From Chromera velia (Eukaryota), in NCBI GenBank assembly GCA_018398765.1, contig JAHBMJ010000359.1, positions 1-48,635 on the forward strand: a stretch of 48,635 bases of DNA, written 5' to 3'. The notes under the pieces are model-generated. The model did no database searches. It saw only the letters and a program-made list of their open reading frames with translations, and had not been told where the DNA came from. Each line of letters opens with the position of its first letter. Within the stretch, counting starts at the first letter, position 1. The position numbers were made by a program, and so were the translations under genes. Below are positions 12,562-24,939 of this stretch, piece by piece.

Positions 12562-13753
12562 TCATGCAGCCCTGAAAAAGTCTCTACCGGAGCACCAACA
12601 AATGCCGTTCTTATTGGGAGTGACGGTAAAACCGAAAGTCTTCTCCCACCGCACCCCGAGCTGATGAGAGCCAAACTCGATGACCTCAAAAACACCCTCT
12701 GACTTCTTCGAACGCCCCACCGGCTTCGATCTTATAGCGGACTTCAAGACGGTCTCCTTCTTGGACTCCCCGCCCCGTGGCGTTACACGAAAAACCTTCG
12801 GGAGGCTCCTCTACCTCATTGTCACTTGTCACGGACGACTGTCTTTCTCTTTTCCTTTCAACTCCCTTGTCTGCCTCAGGTTGATTGTCTTCTTCTTTTG
12901 GATTCTCTCTTGCCACCTTCTTCTTCTTATTCTTCGTTTTTGTCCTCTCGTTCTCTTTGTTTTGCAACCCCTTTTTGTTTTTCCCTCCCTCTCCCTTCTT
13001 TCTTTTTTGTCCCCCTTTTTCTTTTTTGTTCACTGTCTTCTTTTCTTTTTTTCTCCTCGCGGCCCAACTTCCGTCCAAGTCAGAACGCTCGTCGGCTTCT
13101 TCGTCGGACACCTCTCTCGGCTTCTTTCTTTTCTTTTTCGTCTTTTTCTTTTTCTTTGGGGACTCTTTCTCCTTCTCCTCGCCTCTGCCCTCCTTCTGCT
13201 TCCGCTCTTTCTTTTTCAAATCTGAAAATCTCATCTCCGTGGAAACCTCATCAACACTCTCGGTCTTCGTCTTCTTCGTTCGACTGCCTTTTGATCCGCT
13301 CCCGACTTTTTCTTTCTCTTTCTCTTTGACCTTCTCGGACCGTCTCTCTCCTGGCTCTTCTGTCAAGCTCGCAAGTCCCTCCTCATGGACTTCCGCCTGT
13401 TTCCTCTTTCGCGAAGGCAAACGGAAAGATTCTTCAGCAGCAGGGGAAGGGTCAGCAGAATCATCAAACAAGCCCCCCCCCCNGCTGCATCGAATTCGAT
13501 GCACATGCCACCAACGGAGAGCCAAGAATTGGTGGAGCCTCACACGCCGACACAGTGACTGGTTCTTCCTCTGTCTCCTGGACAACTTCTGGAGGTTCTC
13601 TGATCTCCTGAAGAAGACTCGGACTTTGACGGAAATCAGAAACCTGCTGTTGCTCTTCCTCTGTCCTTTGCTCCTTGTCCTCTGCCTGTTCAACCAACTC
13701 TCGCAGACGTTTGCGAATCTCCTTGCGCTCCTTTTGCGCCTTCATCCGAATGT
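12562..13753 (-). pseudogene. Possible degenerate coding exon: coiled-coil, Lys/Glu-rich region, small C-terminal globular segment
   Basis: Acceptor-like TGCATGCAG| at 13754, then RMKAQKERKEIRKRLRELVEQ. Across the N at 13483 comes a K/E-rich ORF ending VQEGDRLEVRYKIE, with an apparent frameshift near 12695 into GVFEVIEFGSHQLGVRWE. No family recognised. Confidence 0.3.
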
Positions 13754-16581
13754 CTGCATGCAACGTGCATGCACAAGCAGGGAGGGAGACAAAAACGGAG
13801 AGCCGAAGGAGGGCGGGACACCTGGCATGCAGACCCACCTGCAGCACTCGCGTGGACGTTCAAGTGAGCGCCAGAAATGGCCAGAGGCTGCCCGCAGGGT
13901 ACCAGGGGGCGAGCAAAAGGATAGAGGAATGCAAGGGGCTGCAGAGACACGCGAACAAAGATGGGAAAGAAAAGCGGTTGATACCAGTCCTGGCACGCCT
14001 GGCTCACCTCTTGTCGTAGGGTTGCAAACAGGTGGGGGCAGATGTCGTCTTTCGGCCCGATGTTCTGCAGGGCACAGGTCTCCCCAGGACGTACCCATGC
14101 ATGGGCCTGCATCAAGGACACAAAACAAAGTCGACACGCGCTGAGAAGAAAGCGAAGGCAGACAGAGAAAAAAAAGACGCACGTTCCCCCAAAGGAGAAG
14201 GTGCGAGAAGCGGGCATCGCTAGGGGCAGATGAAAGGGCGGGAAAGGAGCAGACGGGACGCAAGTCGCACTAGTGGCCAGAAGAGAAAGAGCGAAAAAGG
14301 ACCAGACAGAACAGAAGAGAGCCCAGGGCCATAGAGAACGGAAGAAGGGGGAGATATGAGCAGTCCGGGATCGCAACAGGAGGAGGTGGCGTGGCGGGAA
14401 GCAGGGGGGAGAGAGCAGGGAGAGGAGAAGGAGAGGTGGGGAGGCGGAGAAGGGGGGGAAGGAGGGGGGGGGGAGAAGGAGTCCGGTGGGAGGCCCGGGA
14501 GGGAGAGGAAGGAAGGGTTCCTGCCGCAAGACCGTCGGAGAAGGCAAACAGAAAACTAAAAGAAGTAAGAAAGAGACTCGAAGGTTCAAGCCTGATAAAG
14601 GGGCCACACAAACCAGCAAAGAGAGCGAGGTGACACATCCAACCGCGGGTAACAGTCTTCGAACCGAAGTGTCACCCACCCAAGAAGGTGAAAGCACCTC
14701 ACCGGTGACACTAGTGGCACCTCTTTAGAAAAAGAATGCAAAGAAAAAAAGAGGGGGGCTGTATAGAAAAGAAAAGTTTTGAAAAACGGTGTCCCAACTG
14801 TCACCACTGTCACCGACACCTTGCTTTCAGCTTCGAATGGTGGTGACAGCTGGATGACGCTTCCTTTGCGGAGGGTGAGACTCCCTCCGAAAAAAAGGGC
14901 ACTACAGCCTCGAGTCGAACCGGCGAAAAGGAGAACTGAGAGAACTGCGCGGCCATTCAGGCAGAAAACCAAAAAAACGACAAACATATCCGTTGGGGAC
15001 GCACCTACGGAAGGAAAAACGTCCCGTTCGACCTCCGGTGGGGCACGGGGAGTCTTGAGAGGCTGCACGCAGAGGGGGAATGATATAAGAAGTCTACCAA
15101 CGGAGGCGGCACGTCGGCAGGCCGGACACGCGCGACCCACCACTTCTCGTTGGACTGCAGACATGCCGTGTTCCTGTCCCAGATTGGGCAGGACAAAGGT
15201 TATCCCGAGATCCCCCCAGGCACCTGCAGGAAGGGGAGGGGAAGAAATTATTTGGCCTTTCGAGAAAGACCCAGCTCGAGGGACACACAAAGAAGTGTGG
15301 AAGGCAGTAAGTAACCACGGAGGTCCCAAGAGGTAAGGACAGGACGCAACTACGAAGGGTTGGCAAGAGGTGAGGACAGAACGGCAGGGGGGAATGAAGG
15401 GCATGGCGGGACCGAGGACGTAAGCAGAGAAAGGAGGAGCGGGGGGTGAGGACCGAACGGCAGGGGGAAAGAAGGAACCACGAAGGGCATGGAGGTAAGC
15501 GCAGAAGGGGGGGGACAGGCAGGAACTATGGAGGGAGGGAAAGACAAAACAACCAAGAGGGCAGGACAGAAGAACAGGGCACAAAAGGAAACCACACGGC
15601 ACCCTAGAGGTGCTTGGGGGCGAGGAAGGTGGGAAAGAAAACTACGAACCAAAGGGATTCAGATTTGGTGAGGGCAAAAAGGGGGGAGCTGTGAAGGGTA
15701 GGAAGGGACCTGGGAGGGTGAAGACGCTCAGGAACGAGCAGACAAAGCAAAAGGGCGAGGCGAAAGGCGGAGAGGGAGGGTGAGGATAAGAGGAAAGCAC
15801 CCAACGGGCAAAAGGGGTCCGAGGCCCGTAGGCAAAAAAGGGCAGGGAGCAGAAAGAACTGCGAAGAGCAGGGAGGTATTTGACCTTAAGGTCCATACTG
15901 GGGAGGTCCATACTGGGGAAAAAACAGCTTGGGCGAGTGAGCACAGGAATCGTGAAGATCGGGAAGGGCACCAAGAACTGCTTCAGAACAGAAAAAGGGC
16001 GGACCTGTCTCGTGAGCATCTCGCCAGTCAGGCAGTCTCTGCTCGTCCAAATGCACCCGCCCCCTCCTTCCAGAGTCCGCCCCCTGAACAGCATCCTGAT
16101 CCGTGAACCCGTGGCTGCCCTCCTCGTGAAGCCTCAGAGCAGGTCACGACGCGATGTGTTGGTTGCAGACGTCCACGTTCAAGGAGAGACGAGACCAGAC
16201 TGACGCCCTCAGTGTCCACTCCAAATCTGCCTCCCCGACTTCCTCCTGGCCCCCATTGTATATTCTCGCGGCTTCGCAGGTTGCTGCCACTCCCTGAGTC
16301 GCTGACCACCGACAGGCCGCCACTCGGGGCGAGAAATGCCTCTTCTCCCCCATCAACCCCAGTTCGAAGAACAAGCACGGGAATGGACAACACCCAGCCG
16401 CAGTAAGCGAAAACGATGGACCTAGTCTCGCTTCCCAGCGTCCCGATAGCTGCTGGACGCGATGTAGACTCGTCAAGAGACACCACGGAGGTTCTGGGGA
16501 CAAAAATTCTGCCGCCTGTATACAGAGTTGCCGTTTTATATTGTTGCATGCGAAACACGCGACATTGTGGTGTTGCATGGT

Positions 16582-16664
16582 CCACTCTTTCTTTGAGTTG
16601 CAACATTTTATGTTGAAATCCCGCGTTTTGACCCACTCTTTCTTTGAATTGCAACATTTTTGTG
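16582..16664 (+). repeat. Orphan ~1.6 copies of the 52-bp satellite
   Basis: Same unit as the main array, about 800 bp upstream of it. Confidence 0.9.
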
Positions 16665-17480
16665 CATGAACACTGTGCGGTCTCGTCTGACTGATCGGTA
16701 TTGGAAGATCTTGGGCTGCACGCTGCAAAGGTATGTGGCGATCAATATCCTGACCTCTGCTTTCCATGACAGGGGTCAGCGCGGCCCTTTCCAACCGGCA
16801 TCTCTCCTGGGGCGGGAGCTGTCCACACAGCTCTCCCACGATCGGGAGGTGTTTGTGCAGGGAGGGGCTGAGCAGGCAGCATAGGCGTCTACGCCGTTTT
16901 TGCATGCATGTGGTAGTCAACTTCGATTCTGATGGTATGTGGTTTTCTTTGTTGGTTTTATGTGCCCTCTTCGTGTATTAGCATGTTCGTCTGTGATCCG
17001 TGGGGCCTTTTTTATACGTGTTTGAGAGCTCATTCGGTTTTTTGGATCTCTTTGTATTTCGTACGAGGAGTCTGCTCCGTGTTCTAGTCCGTGTTTTCTC
17101 TTCATGTCGAAAGCTTCTCACGTTCTTGTAGACAATGACGGAAGTTTGAGCTTGAGCTTTATGCTCGTCTGTACGTCCTGTTTTGTACTCGATTTGGCAT
17201 TGTCTTTTCTGGTTCTCTTTCGTGCGTGTGCTGTCCTTTGGTGTGTTCTGTTCTTCAGCATTTTTTCGTCATGTGTCGTCATGCAACGCCGTGCTTCCGC
17301 TTGAGCATGCCACCGCGGAGTTCGTTTTTCCGTATTTCGCTGATTGATTACTGCGGCCCAGTCGTATTGTCAAGCCGCCCTAGGGTTTTTACGGTGCTCT
17401 GACTTTCTAGCTCCTAGCGTACTTATGCATGTCGAACTTCACCGGTGTTTGATACCGGGCGGTGAGCTCTGTGATGATGA

Positions 17481-20400
17481 TTTTTGTGTTGAAATCCGGC
17501 GTTTTGCCCCACTCTTTCTTTGAGCTGCAACATTTTTATGTTGAAATCCGGCGTTTAGACCCACTCTTTAAGTTGCAAGATTTTTGTGTTGAAATCCCGC
17601 GTTTTGACCCACTCTTTCTTCGAGTTGCAACATTTTTATGTTGAAATCCCGCGTTTTAACCCACTCTTTCTTTGAATTACAACATTTTTGTGTTAAAATC
17701 CGGCGTTTAGACCTACTCTTTCTTTAAGTTACAAGATTTTTGTGTTGAAATCCCGTGTTTTGACCCACTCTTTCTTTGAGTTGCAACATTTTTATACTGA
17801 AATCCGGCGTTTAGACCCACTTTTTCTTTGAGTTACAACATTTTTGTATTGAAATCCCGTGTTTTGACCCACTCCTTCTTTGAGTTGTAACATTTTTGTG
17901 TTGAAATCCTGCGTTTTGACCCACTCTTTCTTTGAGTTGCAACATTTTTGTGTTGAAATCCAGCGTTTGGACCCACTGTTTTTTAAGTTGCAACATTTTT
18001 GTATTAAAATCCCGTGTTTTGACCCCCTCTTCCTTTGAGTTACAACATTTTTATGTTGAAATCCCACATTTTGACCCACTCTTTCTTTGAGTTGCAACAT
18101 TTTTGTATTAAAATCCGGCGTTTGGACCCACTCTTTCTTTGAGTGGCAACATTTTTGTGTTGAAATCCCACGTTTGGACCCACTCTTTCTTTGAGTTACA
18201 ACATTTTTATATTGAAATCCGGCATTTAAACCCACTCTTTCTTTGAGTTACAACATTTTTATGTTAAAATCCGGTGTTTAGACCCACTCTTTCTTTAAGT
18301 TACAAGATTTTTGTGTTGAAATCCCACGTTTTGACCTACTCTTTCTTTGAGTTGCAACATGATTTTTATGTTAAAATCTGGCATTTTGACCCACTCTTTC
18401 TTTGAGTTGCAACATTTTTATGTTAAAATCCGGCGTTTGGACCTACTCTTTCTTTAAGTTGCAACATTTTTGTGTTGAAATCCGGCGTTTTGACCCACCC
18501 TTTCTTTGAGTTGCAACATTGTTGTGTTGAAATCCGGCGTTTTACCCCACTTTTTCTTTAAGTTACAATATTTTTATGTTAAAATCTGGCGTTTTAACCC
18601 ACTCTTTCTTTGAGTTGCAACATTTTTGTATTGAAATCCGGCATTTTGACCCACTCTTTCTTTGAGTTGCAACATTTTTGTGTTAAAATCCCGTATTTTA
18701 ACCCACTCTTTCTTTGAGTTGCAACATTTTTGTGTTGAAATCCTATGTTTTGACCTACTCTTTCTTTGAGTTGCAACATTTTTGTGTTGAAATCCCATGT
18801 TTTGACCTACTCTTTCTTTGAGTTGCAACATTTTTATGTTGAAATCCCGTATTTTAACCCACTATTTCTTTAAGTTACAACATTTTTATGTTAAAATCCC
18901 GCGTTTTAACCCACTCTTTCTTTGAGTTGCAACATTTTTGTGTTAAAATCCCGCGTTTTGACTCACTCTTTCTTTGAGTTGCAACATTTTTGTGTTGAAA
19001 TCCGGCGTTTTGCCCCACTCTTTCTTTGAGTTGCAACATTTTTATGTTGAAATCCCATATTTTGACCCACCTTTTCTTTGAGTTGCAACATTTTTGTTTG
19101 ATTGATTGATTGATTGATTGATGCCAAACCCTAGTTTTAAAATCCCACATATTGACCTACTTTTTCTTTAAGGTACAACATTTTTGTGTTAAAATATGTT
19201 GAAATAGGTTGAAATCCCGCGTTTTACCGCGTTTTAGCCCACTCTTTCTTTGAGTTGCAACATTTTTGTTTTAAAATCCGGCGTTTTGCCCCACTGTTTT
19301 TTTAAGTTGCAACATTTTTGTGTTGAAATCCGGCGTTTGGACCCACTCTTTCTTTGAGTTGCAACATTTTTATATTAAAATCCCGTGTTTTGACCCATTT
19401 TTTCTTTGAGTTGCAACATTTTTATGTTGAAATCCGGCGTTTTGGCCTACTCTTTCTTTGAGTTGCAACATTTTTGTATTAAAATCCGGCGTTTTACCCC
19501 ACTCTTTCTTTGAGTTGCAACATTTTTGTGTTGAAATCTGGCGTTTGGACCCACTCTTTCTTTGAGTTGCAACATTTTTGTGTTGAAATCCCATGTTTTG
19601 ACCTACTCTTTCTTTGAGTTACAACATTTTTATATTGAAATCCCACGTTTTGCCCCACTCTTTCTTTGAGTTACAACATTTTTATGTTAAAATCCGGCGT
19701 TTAGACCCACTCTTTCTTTGAGTTGCAACATTTTTGTGTTGAAATCTGGCGTTTTGCCCCACTTTTTCTTTGAGTTGCAACATTTTTGTATTAAAATCCG
19801 GCGTTTTGACCCACCTTTTCTTTGAGTTACAACATTTTTGTGTTAAAATCCCGCGTTTGGACCCACTCTTTCTTTGAGTTGCAACATTTTTGTGTTGAAA
19901 TCCTGTGTTTTGATCCATTCTTTCTTTTTGAGTTGCAACATTTTTGTGTTGAAATCCTGCGTTTTGCCCCACTCTTTCTTTGAGTTGCAACATTTTTGTG
20001 TTGAAATCCCATGTTTTGACCCACCCTTTCTTTGAGTTGCAACATTTTTAGATTGAAATCCGGCGTTTGGACCCATTCTTTCTTTGAGTTACAATATTTT
20101 TGTGTTGAAATCCGGCGTTTTGACCCACTCTTTCTTTGAGTTACAACATTTTTGTGTTAAAATCCCGCGTTTTAACCCACTCTTTCTTTGAGTTGCAACA
20201 TTTTTATGTTGAAATCCCGCATTTTGCCCCACTCTTTCTTTAAATTACAACATTTTTGTGTTGAAATCCCGCGTTTTGACCCACTGTTTCTTTGAGTTGC
20301 AACATTTTTGTGTTAAAATCCGGCGTTTTGACCCACTTTTTATTTTAATTACAACATTTTTATGTTAAAATCCCACGTTTTGACCCACCCTTTCTTTGAG

Positions 20401-21802
20401 TTGCAACATTTTTGTATTAAAATCCGGCGTTTTGACCCACTCTTTCTTTGAGCTGCAACATTTTTGTGTTGAAATCCGGCGTTTGGGTCCACTCTTTCTT
20501 TGACTTACAACATTTTTATGTTAAAATCTTGCGTTTTGACCCAATTTTTCTTTGAGTTGCAACATTTTTGTGTTGAAATCCGGCGTTTTGCCCCACTCTT
20601 TCTTTGAGTTGCAACATTTTTGTGTTAAAATCCCGCGTTTTAACCCACTTTTTCTTTGAGTTACAACATTTTTGTGTTGAAATCTGGCGTTTTGACCCAC
20701 TCTTTCTTTAAGTTACAACATTTTTATGTTAAAATCCTGCGTTTGGACCCACTCTTTCTTTGAGTTGCAACATTTTTATGTTGAAATCCGGCATTTTGCC
20801 CCACTCTTTCTTTGAGTTGCAACATTTTTGTGTTAAAATCCGGCGTTTTTCCCCACTCTTTCTTTGAGTTACAACACTTTTATGTTAAAATCCCATATTT
20901 TGACCCACCTTTTCTTTGAGTTGCAACATTTTTGTTTGATTGATTGATTAATTGATTGATGCCAAACCCTAGTGTTAAAATCCCACATATTGACCTACTC
21001 TTTCTTTAAGGTACAACATTTTTGTGTTAAAATATGCTGAAATGGGTTGAAATCCCGCGTTTTACGGCGTTTTGACCCACTCTTTCTTTGAGTTGCAACA
21101 CTTTTGTGTTAAAATCCGGCGTTTTGCCCCACTGTTTTTTCAAGTTGCAACATTTTTGTGTTGAAATCCGGCGTTTGGACCCACTCTTTCTTTGAGTTGC
21201 AACATTTTTATGTTGAAATCCCGTGTTTTGACCCATTCTTTCTTTGAGTTACAACATTTTTCTGTTGAAATCCGGCGTTTTGGCCTACTCTTTCTTTGAG
21301 TTGCAACATTTTTGTGTTGAAATCCGGCATTTTGCCCCACTCTTTCTCTGAGTTGCAACATTTTTGTGTTGAAATGCGGCGTTTGGACCCACTCTTTCTT
21401 TGAGTTACAACATTTTTGTGTTGAAATCCCACGTTTTGCCCCACTTTTTCTTTGAGTTACAACATTTTTATGTTGAAATCTTGTGTTTTGACCCACTTTT
21501 TCTTTGAGTTGCAACATTTTTATGTTGAAATCCTATGTTTTGACCCACCTTTTCTTTGAGTTGCAACATTTTTGTTTGATTGATTGATTGATTGATGCCA
21601 AACCCTAGTGTTAAAATCCCATATATTGCCCTACTCTTTCTTTAAAGTACAATATTTTTGTGTTAAAATATGTTGAAATGGGTTGAGATCCCGCGTTTTA
21701 CCGCGTTTTGACCCACTCTTTCTTTGAGTTGCAACATTTTTGTGTTGAAATCCAGCATTGTGCCCCACTGTTTTTTTAAGTTGCAACATTTTTGTGTTGA
21801 AA
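17481..21802 (+). repeat. 52-bp tandem satellite, left block (~80 units by length)
   Basis: Consensus TTTTTGTGTTGAAATCCGGCGTTTTGACCCACTCTTTCTTTGAGTTGCAACA, repeated head-to-tail without unique spacers. Confidence 0.97.
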
Positions 21803-22728
21803 AGTGAAGAATGAAGACAGGGGAGATTGAGGTACGTCGCCGGCCAGACAAGATTGAGGGCGGCGCCGGGGTGCAGGTCTGCCGCGCCTGCCGCCCTACC
21901 ATAACGACATACCTTCACCTTCCGGGGCCGCTTGCATTGCGCGATGCGTCATGCACCTGATTTGCTTGCATTCAGATCGATTGACAGTGCATCATTCATT
22001 AAAGCTTCTAGCTTTGCAAGAACGTTCGTCCTTCTCTGTATGACCAAACTGACAGACTTTCCTAAAAGAGCTCTGATGGAAGGAAGCCTTGGGTACTTGC
22101 GCTCTGGCAGCTCTAGCTACACATGGCTTAACTGCGGTTAACATGGGTTGATAGCTTGTTATGCATGCAGTTTCTCTATCGTCAGGATCTGACAAGCAAC
22201 AATCCTTTAGATTTGTGAGAAAAGCATGAATTGCATTTTCAGCACGCATTACTATGACAAACGATCAGTGAGGGAAGAGAAGAAAGATTTTGGGCTCAGT
22301 GGATAGAGCATGCAGCTGACCTTTATTTTCTTTACTTTATATTCTTCCTGTCTCGCTCCCTCCGTTCTTGTGTGTTACATCGGAATCGAGGGGGGGAGTG
22401 AAGAATAAAGACAGGGGAGATTGAGGTACGTCGCTGGCCAGACGAGATTGAGGGCGGCGCCGGGGTGCAGGTCTGCCACACCTGCCGCCCTACCGTAACG
22501 ACATGCCTTCGCCTTCCGGGGTCCCTTGCATTGCGCGATGCGTCATGCACCTGATTTGCTTGCATTCAGATCGATTGACGGTGCATCATTCATTGAAGTT
22601 TCTAGCTTTGCAAGAACGTTCGTCCTTCTCTGTATGACCAAACTGATAGACTTTCCTAAAAGAGCTCTGATGGAAGGAAGCCTTGGGTACTTGCGCTCTA
22701 GCAGCTCTAGCTACACATGGCTTAACTG
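21803..22728 (+). mobile_element. TRIM-like miniature LTR element inserted in the satellite
   Basis: 332-bp direct repeats at 21803-22134 and 22397-22728 around a 262-bp internal region. Purine tract GAGGGGGGG immediately before the second repeat. GAAA of the interrupted satellite unit is duplicated (21799-21802, 22729-22732). Confidence 0.7.
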
Positions 22729-24430
22729 GAAATCCGGCGTTTTGACCCACTTTTTCTTTGAGTTGCAACATTTTTGTGTTAAAATTCTGCGTTTTGCCCC
22801 ATTCTTTCTTTGAGTTGCAACATTTTTGTGTTGAAATGCGGCGTTTGGACCCACTCTTTCTTTGAGTTACAACATTTTTATGTTGAAATCCGGCGTTTTG
22901 CCCCACTCTTTCTTTGAGTTACAACATTTTTGTGTTGAAATCTGGCGTTTTGCCCCACTCTTTCTTTGAGTTGCAACATTTTTATGTTAAAATCCCGTGT
23001 TTTGACCCACTTTTTATTTTAATTACAACATTTTTGTGTTAAAATCCGGCGTTTGGACCCACTCTTTCTTTGAGTTGCAACATTTTTGTGTTAAAATCCG
23101 GCGTTTTGCCCCACTGTTTTTTCAAGTTGCAACATTTTTGTGTTGAAATCTTGCGTTTTGCCCCACTTTTTCTTTGAGTTGCAACATTTTTGTGTTGAAA
23201 TGCGGCATTTTGACCCACTCTTTCTTTGAGTTGCAACATTTTTGTGTTAAAATCCGGCGTTTGGACCCACTCTTTCTTTGAGTTGCAACATTTTTGTGTT
23301 GAAATCCTGTGTTTTGACCCACTTTTTCTTTAAGTTACAACATTTTTGTGTTAAAATCCGGCATTTAGACCCACTCTTTCTTTGAGTTACAACATTTTTG
23401 TGTTAAAATCCCATGTTTTAACCCACTTTTTCTTTGAGTTACAACATTTTTGTGTTGAAATCCGGCGTTTTGCCCCACTCTTTCTTTGAGTTGCAACATT
23501 TTTGTGTTGAAATCCTGTGTTTTAACCCACTCTTTCTTTGAGTTATAACATTTTTGTGTTAAAATCTGGCGTTTTAACCCATTCTTTCTTTGAGTTACAA
23601 CATTTTTGTGTTAAAATCCGGCGTTTTGCCCCACTCTTTCTTTGAGTTGCAACATTTTTGTGTTAAAATCCGGCGTTTGGACCCACTCTTTCTTTAAGTT
23701 GCAACATTTTTGTGTTGAAATACCGTGTTTTGACCCACTCTTTCTTTCAGTTACAACATTTTTGTGTTAAAATCCCACGTTTTGACCCACTCTTTCTTTG
23801 AGTTACAACATTTTTATGTTGAAATCCCGTGTTTTACCCCACTCTTGCTTTGAGTTACAACATTTTTATGTTAAAATCTTACATATTGACCCACTCTTTC
23901 TTTAAGGTACAACTTTTTTTTGTTAAAATATCTTGAAATGGGTTGAAATCCCGCGTTTTACCGCGTTGTGACCCATTCCTTTGAGTTACAACTTTTTTTT
24001 ATGAAAATCCCGTGTTTTGAGCCACTGTTTCTTTGAGTTACAACATTTTTGTATTAAAATCCCGTGTTTTAACCCACTCTTTCTTTAAGTTGCAAGATTT
24101 TTTTGTTGAAATCCGGCGTTTTGACCCACTTTTTATTTTCATTACAACATTTTTGTGTTGAAATCCCACGTTTTGCCCCACTCTTTCTTTGTATTTCTTT
24201 GAGTTGGAACATTTTCATGTTCAAATTAGTTCAAATCTTATATGTTTTGACTCACTATTTTAAAATTAAGTCTTTTTCTTTGAATTGCCCTTGCAGTTGT
24301 CACGCTTTTATTTTAAAGTCCTACGTTTTTACTTATCGATCTTTTCTATGAGTTGTAATAATTTTATTTTGAAATTCTACTTTTGACCCACTTTTTCTTT
24401 GAGTTACAACATTTTTATATTGAAATCCTA
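22729..24430 (+). repeat. 52-bp tandem satellite, right block (~30 units, degenerate after ~24190)
   Basis: Same unit, resuming in register after the insertion. Confidence 0.95.
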
Positions 24431-24939
24431 CGCTATATATTCGATCCCATCTTTTGACTAGTTTTGAATCCAACTTTTGACTCACTCTTCTTTTAGCTAG
24501 AAAGCTAGAAAGCTGTAGTTTTTACTCTTTCACACCGCCAAAGTTTGTATGCAAGAGCGTTTGGTCAGTGAAAGACAAAAGGTGCTGCTTTGCCATTGCT
24601 GATGAAACAGCCAAAGGGCGACCTATTATCAATTGATCGGGCCACGTCAACTGAAATCAGGAGACGCACGATGATTAATTTTAATGCCAGTGAGACATAC
24701 CATAGCCTATTTTCAACCACGTTTCATATAATCGCAACACTATACTACAACGCTGCCCATTGTCTCTTTGCCTTCATAAATGCATACATCTAATATATTC
24801 ATCTAGAATGAATCGCATATAAAGAAAGAAATGAATTCAAAGTAAAACAAATCAAAGCAAACACACAAAATGTAACAACAGTATGGATCCAGTGAGATGC
24901 GGATTGCTACATACTAACTTGTATCTTCAATTCATTCCA

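Noticed and set aside
12661..12690. Second hammerhead core CTGATGA-GAG-CCAAA-CTC-GA
   Set aside because: Followed by GAT rather than GAAA, with no convincing stems I and III. Similar partial cores at 24599 (+) and ~22185 (-) also lack stems.
12680..14144. Phe/Leu/Ser-rich plus-strand ORFs as membrane proteins (also 42559-43602)
   Set aside because: They are antisense shadows of purine-rich, Lys/Glu-coding minus-strand sequence.
17377..17392. Telomere array (TAGGGTTT here; also 31076-31086)
   Set aside because: Only single units, with no tandem telomeric repeat in the window.
17462..24351. Repetitive ORFs such as MLQLKERVGQNAGFQHK as proteins
   Set aside because: They are translations of a 52-bp repeat (not a multiple of 3) cycling through all frames with frequent stops.
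17481..24430. CRISPR array
   Set aside because: Units are contiguous 52-bp tandem copies with no unique spacers, there are no cas genes, and the context is eukaryotic.
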